Source: Vicinamibacterales bacterium
GTDB taxonomy: Bacteria; Acidobacteriota; Vicinamibacteria; Vicinamibacterales; UBA8438
Direction of reading: 5' to 3'
Assembly (NCBI GenBank): GCA_965223015.1
Contig: CBDCVL010000004.1
Coordinates: 129,237-193,236, forward strand
Length of the DNA stretch: 64,000 nt
Below are positions 39,822 through 49,256 of this stretch, in pieces. Below the pieces are notes generated by a model, which worked only from the letters and a program-made list of their open reading frames with translations, did no database searches and was not told the DNA's origin. The translations under genes were made by a program, and so were the position numbers. Every line of letters starts with the position of its first letter. Positions within the stretch are counted from its first letter, which is position 1.

Positions 39822-41797
39822 ACCACATGATCGATGTCGCTGGTTGGACGCTCCTTCACTTCGTCTGGCAAGGCGCTGCACTCGCGATGGTGACAGCAGC
39901 GGCGTTGAGATGCTGCCGACGCAGCACTCCAGACGCGCGCTATGCCATTGCCTGTGTCGGCTTCGTGTCCATGCTCGGTGCGCCCGTCGTCACCGCAGGG
40001 GTTCTGTGGTCGCCGACAGTGGACTTCACGTTCGGTGTAGGCGGGTCTCCAGCCGTTGTCACACAGGAGACCGTGCCAGTGGGGGTAAGCAATTGGGTCG
40101 ACATCACCTTCTCGATGTTGACCGTCCGCGCTGGCGTCGACGCCGTACTCCCGCTGGTGGTTGTGACGTGGCTCTGCGGCGTCACGCTGCTGCTCGTCAG
40201 GATGGCGGGCGGGCTCTGGCGCGTGCGTCAACTGCAGATGCTGTCCCTCGCGACGACCGCATCACGCTGGCAAGGTGCAAGCGCGCGATTGGCCTCGCGT
40301 CTCGGCGTGCGTGTACCGGTCCACGTGGTGGACACGACACGGGTCGAGACTCCGACCGCGGTCGGCTGGCTGCGTCCCGCGATCCTGCTGCCCATTGCCG
40401 CCCTCGCGAATCTGACACCGTCCCAGGTCGAAGCCATTCTTGCGCACGAGCTTGTCCATATCCGGCGCCATGACTACGTCGTGAACGTGCTACAGACGTT
40501 GGCCGAGACCCTGTTGTTCTATCACCCGGCTGTGTGGTGGGTGTCGAGCCGTATCCGCGTCGAACGTGAGCACTGTTGTGACGACGCGACGGTGGAGCTG
40601 TGCGGTGATGCCGTCAACTACGCGACGGCCCTCACGGAGCTGGAAGCCTTCCGGTCTGGAGACACGGGCCTAGCCGTGGCGGCCACGAGCGGGTCCCTGC
40701 GCCACCGGGTGCACCGTATCCTGGGAACCCCGCCCGAACGTGACCCGCGCTCACTGAGCTGGGAAGTGACCTTTGTATTGACGCTGGTCTTGGTTGGCGG
40801 GGCTGCAGCCATCGGACTTCCATCGCGTGGGCTGATGAGCCGAGGAGAGGCAGCCGAAGTCACGCAGGGCATCCAGCCAACGGCCTCGCCTGATGGGCAG
40901 GAGTGGGAGGTCCGTGCCACTGAGCACTTCGACATCCTCTACTACCCGTCGCTCACCGACGATCTCCCGCGAATCGAAGCACTCGCACAGCGAGCCTATG
41001 ATCGCGTGAGCGCTGAGATGGCGTATGACCTCGGGTTCAGGGTGCCGCTGATGCTATACAAGACCCGTGACGACTTCGAGCAGCAGACCGTGGCTCCAGG
41101 CGCAATGCTCACGGGAGTTCGTTCCTTCACGGAACCGCAGCGGAACACGATCGTCCTGCTCGTCGATGAGATGCGTGAGGAGCTTCCCACTCGGATCACT
41201 CACGAGCTGACCCATGTCTTCATGTTCGTCATGATCCCCCGCTCCCCGATCCGGTCGACCGTTCCGCTCTGGCTCGATGAAGGCCTGGCCGACTACATCA
41301 CGGGCGTGTGGCCGCCAAACGACGTCGAGCTGCTCCGGTGGGTCGTCGCCTCGGACCGCGTGCCATCGATGAACGAGTATGGGGACTACGGCCAGTTCGA
41401 GAATCCGCGGACGACTTATGCGTTGGGGCATGCGGTCTTCGATTTCGTTGAGGAACAATGGGGCAAAGAGGCTATCCGCCAGTACCTCGTTGGTTTTGGG
41501 CCGAGTTCCTTCGGCACAAGTGGGAGCGTGTATCAACAAGCGTTCGGTGTGACACCGGATGAGTTCGATGAATCATTCGAACGATACCTCCGCACGCGAT
41601 TCACACCACAGTCGCTGCCTCCGGTGGGATCTCCCGCGTTGGCCCGGAGCATCGAGTTCAGCTTTCCGACGCAAGACGGACAACCGCGGGGGAACGTAGG
41701 GTCTTATGTTGCGCAACTCGAAATCCCACAGCGCGTCAGCCGACCCTCACAGGACGTGTGGGTGCCCTACGAGGGAGTCAAGCCCATTCTTAGTTGA
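39818..41797 (+). CDS. BlaR1/MecR1-like M56 membrane metalloprotease fused to a second MA-clan metalloprotease-like domain; 3' end cut by IS256
   Basis: The M56 motif is ILAHELVHIRRHDY after 4 TM segments. The extracytoplasmic part carries a second HExxH (RITHELTHVF) plus WLDEGLADYITG. The stop codon at 41795 lies inside the IS256 terminal repeat. Confidence 0.8.
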   Translation: MNHMIDVAGWTLLHFVWQGAALAMVTAAALRCCRRSTPDARYAIACVGFVSMLGAPVVTAGVLWSPTVDFTFGVGGSPAVVTQETVPVGVSNWVDITFSMLTVRAGVDAVLPLVVVTWLCGVTLLLVRMAGGLWRVRQLQMLSLATTASRWQGASARLASRLGVRVPVHVVDTTRVETPTAVGWLRPAILLPIAALANLTPSQVEAILAHELVHIRRHDYVVNVLQTLAETLLFYHPAVWWVSSRIRVEREHCCDDATVELCGDAVNYATALTELEAFRSGDTGLAVAATSGSLRHRVHRILGTPPERDPRSLSWEVTFVLTLVLVGGAAAIGLPSRGLMSRGEAAEVTQGIQPTASPDGQEWEVRATEHFDILYYPSLTDDLPRIEALAQRAYDRVSAEMAYDLGFRVPLMLYKTRDDFEQQTVAPGAMLTGVRSFTEPQRNTIVLLVDEMREELPTRITHELTHVFMFVMIPRSPIRSTVPLWLDEGLADYITGVWPPNDVELLRWVVASDRVPSMNEYGDYGQFENPRTTYALGHAVFDFVEEQWGKEAIRQYLVGFGPSSFGTSGSVYQQAFGVTPDEFDESFERYLRTRFTPQSLPPVGSPALARSIEFSFPTQDGQPRGNVGSYVAQLEIPQRVSRPSQDVWVPYEGVKPILS

Positions 41798-43189
41798 AAC
41801 TCTCCACGGCTCCTGATCATTACGCTGCCTTCGTGTTCGGGGTCTTCCTTTCGATCTTCAGTTCCCGCTGCAATGCTTCGCGAAGCTTCGGAAGGTGGCG
41901 GTAGCCCACCACCTTGCGGAGGCGCGGTTCGATGTCGACGAGCGCCGTCGCCAGCCACCGCTGGCGCTGGCTCGAGTTCGTCCACTGGTCGACTTTGGCG
42001 CAGCGTTCCTCGACCAGCGCATTGACGGACTCGAGACAGTTGGTTGTCTTGAACGAGCGTCCCAGCACGGCAGAGACGCCGAGTCGGTGCAAGGTCAGGG
42101 TCTCGTCCAGGCCCTCCGCCAGACTGCCGGCGGCCGACTGGTTCCGGTCGTCCAACTCGCCGTGGAGCTGCTCGAGGGCCGCCAGGGCCTCGGGGTACGT
42201 CGGGCGGTTGTAGGCTCGCTGGAGGCGCCGGCGCCAGTCCCCCTGCTCGCTCTTGGGTAGGTAGCTCACCACGTTCTCGCGCTTGTGCCACTGGCAACGG
42301 TGCACCAACGCCGTGTCGCGGAACACCTTCTTGACCGCAGATCGCAGGCCCTTGCCACCGTCGAGAATCACGAGCAGACCTTGCGACGCATCAAGACCGC
42401 GGTCGACCAGCGAACGAAGGAAGGGCGCCAGGATCTGCGCGGTCTCCGTGTCCGTCTCCACGAAGCCAAGGAAGCGTTTCTCCCCTGAAATCGTGATGCC
42501 GAGAGCGATGACCATCGTCGAATCGGCGAAGGCCTTGCCGTCCAGGAACAGGGCCACGACGTCCTCACCGGACAGGTCCCGCTCCTGAAACTCCCGCAGC
42601 GTCGCCGCACTGGCTTGGATGAAATTCCGAGACACCGTGGAGCTCGACAATCCGATCGCCCCGGGGACCGACTCAGCCGCCGCCGCGTAGTTGCGGCAGG
42701 AGATGCCGTAGAGCACCCGCTTCAGCAGGACGTCATTTACCTGGCTGTCCTCCCGCGCCGCCTCGTAGGAACGCAGGGGAATCTCGCCGCCCGCAACGCT
42801 GCGCACGCGCGGCACTCGCAGCGGTACGCGTTGGCCAGCGAGGCGCACCGTCCCGGGGTTGCTTCCGTGACGTCGTCCCCGCACCAACGACTCTTTGCGC
42901 GCATGACGAGCACCGGCCAACTCCGTGACCTCGTCATCGAGCAGCTCCTGGACGTGCATCAGGCCCAGCGGCACCAAGGCTCGAATCATTTCCACCTTGG
43001 CGTCCACATCGAACCCGGCGTACTCCTCGCGCCTGATGATGTCCACCTTCCCCAGACGACGGGACTTCTTGCGTTTCCTGACTGATCGTAGGACACTGCG
43101 CATCTCGGCTCCTTTCTCTTGCGGGTTGATGAGCTCTTCGCAACGTCATCACACCACAGGGCTTGGAGCCGTTTCAATTTTCAACTAAG
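41789..43189 (-). mobile_element. IS256-family insertion sequence (1401 bp by my boundaries)
   Basis: The imperfect terminal inverted repeats are CTTAGTTGAAACTCTCCACGGCTCC (41789-) and GGAGCCGTTTCAATTTTCAACTAAG (-43189). There is a single mutator-type transposase gene and no obvious target duplication. Confidence 0.8.
41820..43103 (-). CDS. IS256-family (mutator-type) transposase
   Basis: 427-aa ORF with VVALFLDGKAFADSTMVIALGITISGEKRFLGF and CQWHKRENV. Confidence 0.9.
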   Translation of the reverse strand: MRSVLRSVRKRKKSRRLGKVDIIRREEYAGFDVDAKVEMIRALVPLGLMHVQELLDDEVTELAGARHARKESLVRGRRHGSNPGTVRLAGQRVPLRVPRVRSVAGGEIPLRSYEAAREDSQVNDVLLKRVLYGISCRNYAAAAESVPGAIGLSSSTVSRNFIQASAATLREFQERDLSGEDVVALFLDGKAFADSTMVIALGITISGEKRFLGFVETDTETAQILAPFLRSLVDRGLDASQGLLVILDGGKGLRSAVKKVFRDTALVHRCQWHKRENVVSYLPKSEQGDWRRRLQRAYNRPTYPEALAALEQLHGELDDRNQSAAGSLAEGLDETLTLHRLGVSAVLGRSFKTTNCLESVNALVEERCAKVDQWTNSSQRQRWLATALVDIEPRLRKVVGYRHLPKLREALQRELKIERKTPNTKAA

Positions 43190-43441
43190 TTTGGCACACC
43201 CTCCTACGAGGCAGCGGAAGCGGTTGTTCGACCGGATGCCGAGCGCCTCTGGAACACGGGAATCTTTGAGAGCCTGTGGGTCGACGTGAGGGATGAGCCC
43301 TACCCGAACGGCGTCATGGGAAAGCGGATCGTCTTTAGTCTGGTCGAGCGAGAGGGTGAGCCGGTTGTTCCGACCGGGCCGCCGATACTCCCGGCGGGCT
43401 TCGAGGATCCTGCAGCTGACCACGAGAGGCTCTATCCGTGA
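43190..43441 (+). pseudogene. Displaced 3' fragment of the BlaR1-like gene with a POTRA-like segment
   Basis: The fragment reads FGTPSYEAAEAVVRPDAERLWNTGIFESLWVDVRDEPYPNGVMGKRIVFSLVERE. It is in the same frame as 39818..41788 once 41789..43189 is removed. The IS30 copy starts 40 bp after its stop. Confidence 0.5.
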
Positions 43442-43480
43442 GCTCAACGCTTACTTCAGCTCTCAGGGCGGTCCTTTGTT

Positions 43481-44689
43481 CTCGCATTCAACCGGTCGAT
43501 GCAACGGATTCCGCGAGTATATCTGCCGGCGTCCGATAGCCGAGTGTCTTGCGTGGCCGCGTATTGAGCTCGCGCGCGATCCGATTCAGTTGAGTCTGCG
43601 TGTAGCGGGCGAGGTCGGTCCCCTTCGGCAGATACTGGCGCAGCAAGCCATTCGTGTTCTCGTTGGTCCCGCGCTGCCACGGACTGTACGGGTCGCAGAA
43701 ATAGACTTGCACGCCGGTGGCGATCGAGAACGTGCGATGGGCTGCCAGTTCCAGGCCGCGATCCCAGGTCAACGTGGCCATGAGGCCGGCGGGCAACCGC
43801 CGCACGTGCTCGGTGAGCGCTCGCACGACCGTGCGCGTCGTGCGCCCGGTCAGCCGGACGAGACAGACGTAGCGCGAGTGCCGCTCGACTAGCGTCGCCA
43901 CGTAGGACTGGCGCGCGCCGGCGATCAGGTCGCCCTCCCAATGTCCCGGCACGGCGCGGTCCTCCACCGTCGCGGGGCGCTCGCGAATCGAGACGGCCCC
44001 GACGATGTAACCGCCCGTCTTCGGCGCCGTGGCACGCGGACGTCGCATCGTGCGTCGTTGGCGCAACTGCGCCTGCAGTGCCTTTTTGAGCACGCCGCGG
44101 CTCTGCACGAACAGGCTCAGGTAGATCGTTTCGTGCGACACGTGCATCGTCGGATCATCAGGATACGCCTGACGGAGCCAGCCGGCGATCTGTTGAGGCG
44201 ACCACTTCTGCGCGAGCTTCGTGGCCACCGCGTCACGGAGGGGGGGGTGGGTCACCAAGCGACACCGCTTGGGCCGCCGGCCGCGCGCCCACGCCGCCGC
44301 GTCGGCTCTGGCCGCCCGATACCACCGCCGCCCTCCGTGTCGACGCACCTCCCGACTCACGGTCGAAGGGGCGCGCCGCAGCTGGCGGCTGATCTGTCGC
44401 ACCGACGTCCCGCGGGCCAGGCCGCGGGAGATGGCCTCCCGCTCCGGCAGCGTCAGCGCGAGACGGGAACGTTGGCGCGCCGGCGGGGGGATGCCGCCCG
44501 TCCGGGCCACCTCATAGCGCACCATCTTGGGAATCCGGCCTAGGGCACGGCCGATGGCATTGAGCGATTCCCCGTGTCGCCACCGGCGCCACACTTCCGC
44601 CTTCTGCGCCGCCGTCAAGCGCGGACCACGTCGTCGCACCATGAAACCTCCTTATCAGGTTCATGTTGCATCGACCCATTGAACGCACC
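43481..44689 (-). mobile_element. IS30-family insertion sequence, copy 1 (intact)
   Basis: The ends are defined by comparison with copy 2: CTCGCATTCAACCGGTCGATGCAAC (43481-) and the reverse complement of GGTGCGTTCAATGGGTCGATGCAAC (-44689). Confidence 0.9.
43488..44642 (-). CDS. IS30-family DDE transposase
   Basis: 384-aa ORF with HWEGDLIAG, TLTWDRGLE and YFCDPYSPWQRGTNENTNGLLRQYLPKGTDL. Confidence 0.9.
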   Translation of the reverse strand: MVRRRGPRLTAAQKAEVWRRWRHGESLNAIGRALGRIPKMVRYEVARTGGIPPPARQRSRLALTLPEREAISRGLARGTSVRQISRQLRRAPSTVSREVRRHGGRRWYRAARADAAAWARGRRPKRCRLVTHPPLRDAVATKLAQKWSPQQIAGWLRQAYPDDPTMHVSHETIYLSLFVQSRGVLKKALQAQLRQRRTMRRPRATAPKTGGYIVGAVSIRERPATVEDRAVPGHWEGDLIAGARQSYVATLVERHSRYVCLVRLTGRTTRTVVRALTEHVRRLPAGLMATLTWDRGLELAAHRTFSIATGVQVYFCDPYSPWQRGTNENTNGLLRQYLPKGTDLARYTQTQLNRIARELNTRPRKTLGYRTPADILAESVASTG

Positions 44690-44867
44690 CGCCTAGCGTT
44701 TACTAATCCGGCCCAAGGGTGTCGGACTCAGCATCGGTCTACACAACGGCGTTAGGCAAGAGTAGTCCAAGCTCTCCGGTGTCAGGCTACGAGGCAAGCG
44801 ACACGACGAGCTGACTCAGCTCGCAGCAAGTCGACACACGCTGCTTCAAGAAGAGTCCGCCGCAGGC

Positions 44868-45440
44868 TCAGTCCGACAGCGCCCGTACCAGGAGCGGCAG
44901 GCTGACGTCATAGCGGTAGGCAAGGGACATGTGGCCGTCATCGAACTCCTCGTAGAACGGGGAAAGCCCGCGGTCTCGCATTCTTGCGACGAGGGCGCGC
45001 GCACCCCAATGGAGTGAAAACTCATCTTGGTTGCCGCAGTCCACGTAGATGAGCCGCAGCTTCCGCAGGTTGTCCGCGTAGCGTTCGACCAGCCGCACCG
45101 GGTCCCATTCCATCCAGCGCTGCCACACATCCCAGCGAAATTCCCCGCTTGCGAGCTCGAAGGGCAGGTCAATGCCCAGGTGTGGGGGATCCGGGTTCGG
45201 CGAATAGTGAGCGGACATCGCGAGAAAGTTCAGCGCCTTCTGCCACTTCTTGCGACGACGATTGTCGTCAGTCCCAAAAGTGTCGAGCCAGGCCTTTGGC
45301 CCACCGGCCTCGCGAAATTGGTCCAACGCCTCGGAGGCATCCGGAATGTAGCAAAGCTCGAAGTTGGCGTCCCCTGAATGGTCTGCCAGCGCCTTGAACA
45401 CGTGAGAACGGCGGAGTAACACTAGACCACAGAGCGGCGG
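44868..45440 (-). pseudogene. Esterase-family (alpha/beta hydrolase) gene, C-terminal fragment only
   Basis: HVFKALADHSGDANFELCYIPD...IYVDCGNQDEFSLHWGARALVARM...DDGHM. The upstream half of the 300-aa track ORF is merely antisense to the IS21 remnant. The 5' limit is approximate. Confidence 0.55.
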
Positions 45441-45527
45441 TGTGACGCGGCCTGAGGGCGGTGGAAAACCAGACCGCTCACGTGGTCCACCGAGCATTCC
45501 AAGGGTGTTTTGTGGAACACAGGAGGG

Positions 45528-45976
45528 ATGTATCGAGTGGAACTCTATGCGGCGGTGCGGCGCAGCGTGTATGTGGAGGGATTGAGCGAGCGCACGGCGG
45601 CGCGCCGCTTCGGGTTGGCCCGCGAGACGGTGCGCAAGATGCTGCGCTACCGCCGGCCGCCCGGGTATCGCCGGGCGCAACCGGTCCGGCGTCCGAAGCT
45701 GGACGCCTTCACGGGGATCATTGATCAGATCCTCCGCGAGGATCAGTCCCGGCCGAAGAAGCAACGGCACACGGCCAAGCGCATCGGCGAGCGCTTACGC
45801 GCGGAGTACGGGTTCACGGGCGGCGACACGATCGTGAAAGCCTACGTGCGCGCGCAGCGGCTGGGCGGGCAGGAGATGTTCGTGCCGCTGGCCCATCCGC
45901 CAGGCGACGCCCAAGCCGACTTCGGCGAAGCGCTGGTCGTGATCGCTGGCGTCGAATGCAAGGCGCACTCCCTGGT
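45528..45976 (+). mobile_element. IS21-family remnant: istA N-terminal about 150 codons, truncated by an IS3 element
   Basis: MYRVELYAAVRRSVYVEGLSERTAARRFGLARETVRKML...FVPLAHPPGDAQADFGEALVVIAGVECKAH. A few codons after the IS3 element (47238-47266, ..YFVLSRT*) may be its continuation. The rest of istA and all of istB are absent. Confidence 0.7.
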
Positions 45977-46017
45977 TGGACTTGCCCCGGTTTCGTGGAC
46001 GGGTACGGACTTGGGTT

Positions 46018-46872
46018 TCAAGCACTCTGCGGCAGCTGTCTCCTCTCGTAGTTGATGGGTGAACGATAGCCGAGGGCCGAGTGGCGACGGTGCGGATTGT
46101 ACCAGCCCTCCAGCCACTGGAAGATCGCCATCCGCGCTTCGGCCTGGCTGCGGAACCGTCGCCGGTTGAGCACTTCGCGCTCGAGCGTGGCGAAAAAGCT
46201 CTCGGCCATGGCATTGTCATACGCATCGCCGATGGAGCCCATGGAGGGCATCACGCCGGCGTCGCGGCATCGTTTGCCGAAGGCGTAGCTGGTGTACTGG
46301 CACCCGCGATCCGAGTGATGCACGACCGCCTCGGGCCGGCGTTGCGTCAACGCCATGTCGAGTGCGGCGAGCACGAGTTCAGTCCGGAGATGCGTCTCCA
46401 TGGCCCAGCCAACGATGCGTCGCGACCAGACGTCGAGCACGATGGCGAGATAGAGGAAGCCGGCCCACGTCGGGACGTACGTGATGTCGGCCACCCAGAG
46501 ACGATCCGGGCCCGCTGCAGTGAACTCCCGATCCACTTGATCCAGCGCCCGGTCAGCGGTGGGATCGCCGATCGTCGTGGTCACGAAGCGCCGCGGCCGC
46601 AGGCCCTGCAGGCGCGCTGCGCGCATCAGGCGGGCCACACGTTTCTTCCCGACCCGACGGTGGTGATCGTCGGCCAGCTCCGCGTGGATACTCGGCGCCC
46701 CGTACGCGCCGTCCGACCGCCGGTGGATCGCATGGATCAGGGCCGTGAGCCCGATGTCCTCCACGGCCCGTGCCGACGGCGGCCGCCCAGCCCACGCGTA
46801 GAAGCCGCTGGCGGAGACGCCCAGCAGCCGGCCCATGACCCGGACCGGATAGGTGGCCTGATTCGCTTTCAT
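46018..46872 (-). CDS. IS3-family transposase OrfB (rve integrase core)
   Basis: 284 aa with WVADITYVPTWAGFLYLAIVLDVWSRRIVGW, HSDRGCQYTS and GDAYDNAMAESFF. Confidence 0.9.
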   Translation of the reverse strand: MKANQATYPVRVMGRLLGVSASGFYAWAGRPPSARAVEDIGLTALIHAIHRRSDGAYGAPSIHAELADDHHRRVGKKRVARLMRAARLQGLRPRRFVTTTIGDPTADRALDQVDREFTAAGPDRLWVADITYVPTWAGFLYLAIVLDVWSRRIVGWAMETHLRTELVLAALDMALTQRRPEAVVHHSDRGCQYTSYAFGKRCRDAGVMPSMGSIGDAYDNAMAESFFATLEREVLNRRRFRSQAEARMAIFQWLEGWYNPHRRHSALGYRSPINYERRQLPQSA

Positions 46873-47183
46873 GAACCCGAAGATCGCTTCGTGTTCGGCG
46901 CGGTCTCCTGTGCGAACCAGGCCGCGGCTTTTGACAAGATCTCTCGCTCGAGCTTCAGCTGGCGATTCTCGCGGCGGAGCTGCGTCAGCTCGGCACGCTC
47001 GGTCGTCGTGAGGCCGTCGGTCCGCCGACCGGTATCGCGATCGGCTTGAGCCACCCAGTTGCTGATCGACTGGGCGGTCGGTTCAAACTCGTGAGCGAGA
47101 TCTTCGGGAGTACGCCCGGCCCGGACCAACGCGACCATCTGTTCGCGAAACTCCGGCGGGTAGGGTTTCCTGGTGTTCGGCAT
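46869..47183 (-). CDS. IS3-family transposase OrfA (HTH)
   Basis: 104 aa with YPPEFREQMVALVRAGRTPEDLAHEFEPTAQSISNWV and a leucine-zipper-like LRRENRQLKLEREIL. Confidence 0.9.
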   Translation of the reverse strand: MPNTRKPYPPEFREQMVALVRAGRTPEDLAHEFEPTAQSISNWVAQADRDTGRRTDGLTTTERAELTQLRRENRQLKLEREILSKAAAWFAQETAPNTKRSSGS

Positions 47184-47935
47184 CGTGGACTCCTTCTACC
47201 ACAAGGGTTAGGTGTCCACGGAAGCGGGTCAGGCCCAGGCAGCTACTTCGTCCTATCACGCACGTGAATCGTCGACGTTATGATTAGCTCCTTTGCAGAT
47301 GAGCCCCGTTCTTCAGGAAGCAGCCACCGATCAAGGAGATGCTGAACATGAAGTGTCATGAAGTCCACTACGAGATTCTTGGTGACGACATGCAGATGGT
47401 GGAGGTCGAACTCGATCCCGGCGAGACGGTCATCGCCGAAGCCGGGGCCATGAATTACATGGACGACGGGATCGACTTTGAAGCGAAGATGGGTGACGGG
47501 TCGGAACCTGACAAGGGGCTGTTCGGCAAGCTGCTCGATGCCGGCACACGCAAGCTCACGGTCAGTCGCTGTTCATGACCCACTTCACGAATCATGGCTC
47601 CGGCAAGAAGCGGGCAGCGTTTGCCGCTCCCTATCCCGGGCGGATCGTCCCGCTGGACATGGCCAAGGTCGGTGGAGAGATTCTCTGCCAAAAGGACGCC
47701 TTCCACTGCGCCGCGTTAGGCACGAACGTCGGCATCGCGTTCAACAAGCGCCTGGGGGCTGGCTTCTTCGGGGGCGAGGGCTTCATTCTCCAGCGACTGC
47801 GGGGCGATGGAATGGCATTCATGCACGCGGGCGGGACGGTCGTCGAACGTCAACGGAGGTGGACCCCATTCCTCGGACCAAGAACGGGCGTTGCTAAGGT
47901 GGAGCCTGCTGGGTCTGTTCTCGTCGTAGTCGTGT

Positions 47936-47996
47936 CCTGCAACCAGGGTTGCAGGCCTGGGCCTGCAACCAGGGTTGCAGGCCTGGGCCTGCAACC
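47936..47996. repeat. 2.3 tandem copies of a 26-nt palindromic unit (REP-like hairpins) inside IS3-B
   Basis: CCTGCAACCAGGGTTGCAGGCCTGGG lies at 47936-47961 and 47962-47987, with a partial copy at 47988-47996. In each unit CCTGCAACC pairs with GGTTGCAGG. Confidence 0.85.
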
Positions 47997-48132
47997 CGTA
48001 ACTGCCTTACGCCGGTGCGCGGAGACGGGGGCCAGGTCGCCGCAGGCGCCCCGCGCAGCGGGGTCGGAGCGGAGCGGAGAACCTGGAGGCGGTCGAGCAC
48101 ACCGGCACCCGACGCCCGGTCGGCTAGAACGC

Positions 48133-48975
48133 TCATGCTGCCTCGGGCCTCGGCATCGAATCGTAGAACGCGGCTGGCGTCTGATAGCCCAACTTCGCAT
48201 GCGGCCGCGCGTCATTGTAGAAGCGGAAGTAGCGCCCGATCCCCTCGCGCGCCTCGGTCAGCGAATCATAGGGGTGCAGGTAGATCTCCTCATACTTCAG
48301 CGACCGCCAGAGCCGCTCCACGAAGATGTTGTCGAGGTAGCGGCCCTTGCCGTCCATGCTGATCTTGATCCCCCGGTCGCGCAGAACGCGGGTGAAGTCC
48401 CCCGCCGTGAACTGCGAGCCCTGGTCGGTGTTGAAGATGGTCGGCCGGCCGAAGTGTGCGAGGGCGTCCCTCAACGCCTCGATGCAGAAGCCCGTGTCCA
48501 GCGTGTTGGACAGCCGCCACGCCAGGACCCGGCGGGAGTACCAGTCGATGATCGCCACCAGGTAGGCGAAGCCGCGCGCCATCGGGATGTAGGTGATATC
48601 CGTGGCCCAGACCTGGTTCGGCCGTGCGATCGTGAGCCCCCGCAGCAGATACGGGTAGACGGGGTGGTCCGGCGCCGGCGTGCTCGTTGTGGGTTGTGGC
48701 GCCGTGCTCTCCAGCCCCATCAACCGCATCAGGCGTTGGACGCGCTTCCGATTGATCACGGGGCCCTCGGCCTTCAACGTCTGCGTGATCATCCGGCTGC
48801 CGAAGAAGGGATGCTGCAGATGCAGCTCGTCGATCCGGCGCATCAACGCCAGCTCCTCCGCGTCCGGGACCACCGGCTCGTAGTACACGCTCGACCGGGT
48901 CACGGCCAGCAGCGCGCATTGCCGCCGCATCGACAGCGTGCCGTTCGGTGCCATCAGGACTCGTCGCTGCGTCAT
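48133..48975 (-). CDS. IS3-family transposase OrfB
   Basis: [41 protein letters not shown] and [24 protein letters not shown]. The 418-aa track ORF is this frame left open upstream across orfA. Confidence 0.9.
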   Translation of the reverse strand: MTQRRVLMAPNGTLSMRRQCALLAVTRSSVYYEPVVPDAEELALMRRIDELHLQHPFFGSRMITQTLKAEGPVINRKRVQRLMRLMGLESTAPQPTTSTPAPDHPVYPYLLRGLTIARPNQVWATDITYIPMARGFAYLVAIIDWYSRRVLAWRLSNTLDTGFCIEALRDALAHFGRPTIFNTDQGSQFTAGDFTRVLRDRGIKISMDGKGRYLDNIFVERLWRSLKYEEIYLHPYDSLTEAREGIGRYFRFYNDARPHAKLGYQTPAAFYDSMPRPEAA

Positions 48976-49256
48976 CGGGAGCGCCCGAGCCCGTTGGATA
49001 AAAAATCCCGCTCCACCGTCAGCTCGCCGATCTTCTTGAGTAGGACATCTTCCCGCTCCGACGCCCCGCCATCGCCATGGTCCGTCTCGAACGACTGCGC
49101 CGCGTTGTCGAGCAGCTGCCGTTTCCACTTGTAGACTACGTTGGCGTGGACCTTGTAGCGGCGCGCAATCTCGGCCACCGACTCCTGGTCTCGCAGTGCC
49201 GCCAACGCCACCTTCGCCTTGAACGCCGGGTTGTGCTTCGTACGGGTCTTCTTCAT
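48972..49256 (-). CDS. IS3-family transposase OrfA
   Basis: 94 aa: [48 protein letters not shown]. Confidence 0.9.
   Translation of the reverse strand: MKKTRTKHNPAFKAKVALAALRDQESVAEIARRYKVHANVVYKWKRQLLDNAAQSFETDHGDGGASEREDVLLKKIGELTVERDFLSNGLGRSR

Larger units (their letters stand above)
45977..47237 (-). mobile_element. IS3-family insertion sequence A
   Basis: The terminal repeats TGGACTTGCCCCGGTTTCGTGGAC (45977-) and the reverse complement of TGGGCCTGACCCGCTTCCGTGGAC (-47237) match at 19 of 24 positions. orfA and orfB overlap at ATGA. Confidence 0.8.

Noticed and set aside
44868-45770. 300-aa minus-strand ORF taken as one gene
   Set aside because: Only the C-terminal about 190 codons resemble an esterase. 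The N-terminal part is the antisense of the IS21 istA fragment, so the ORF is a junction artefact.
47936-47996. Mini CRISPR array
   Set aside because: The 26-nt units are directly abutting with no spacers. There are only 2.3 copies and no cas genes, so REP-like tandem palindromes are the better description.
47575-49134. 519-aa ORF on the plus strand
   Set aside because: It is chimeric. The first about 95 codons are the middle of the AIM24 gene and the rest reads through REP-like DNA and the antisense strand of IS3-B.
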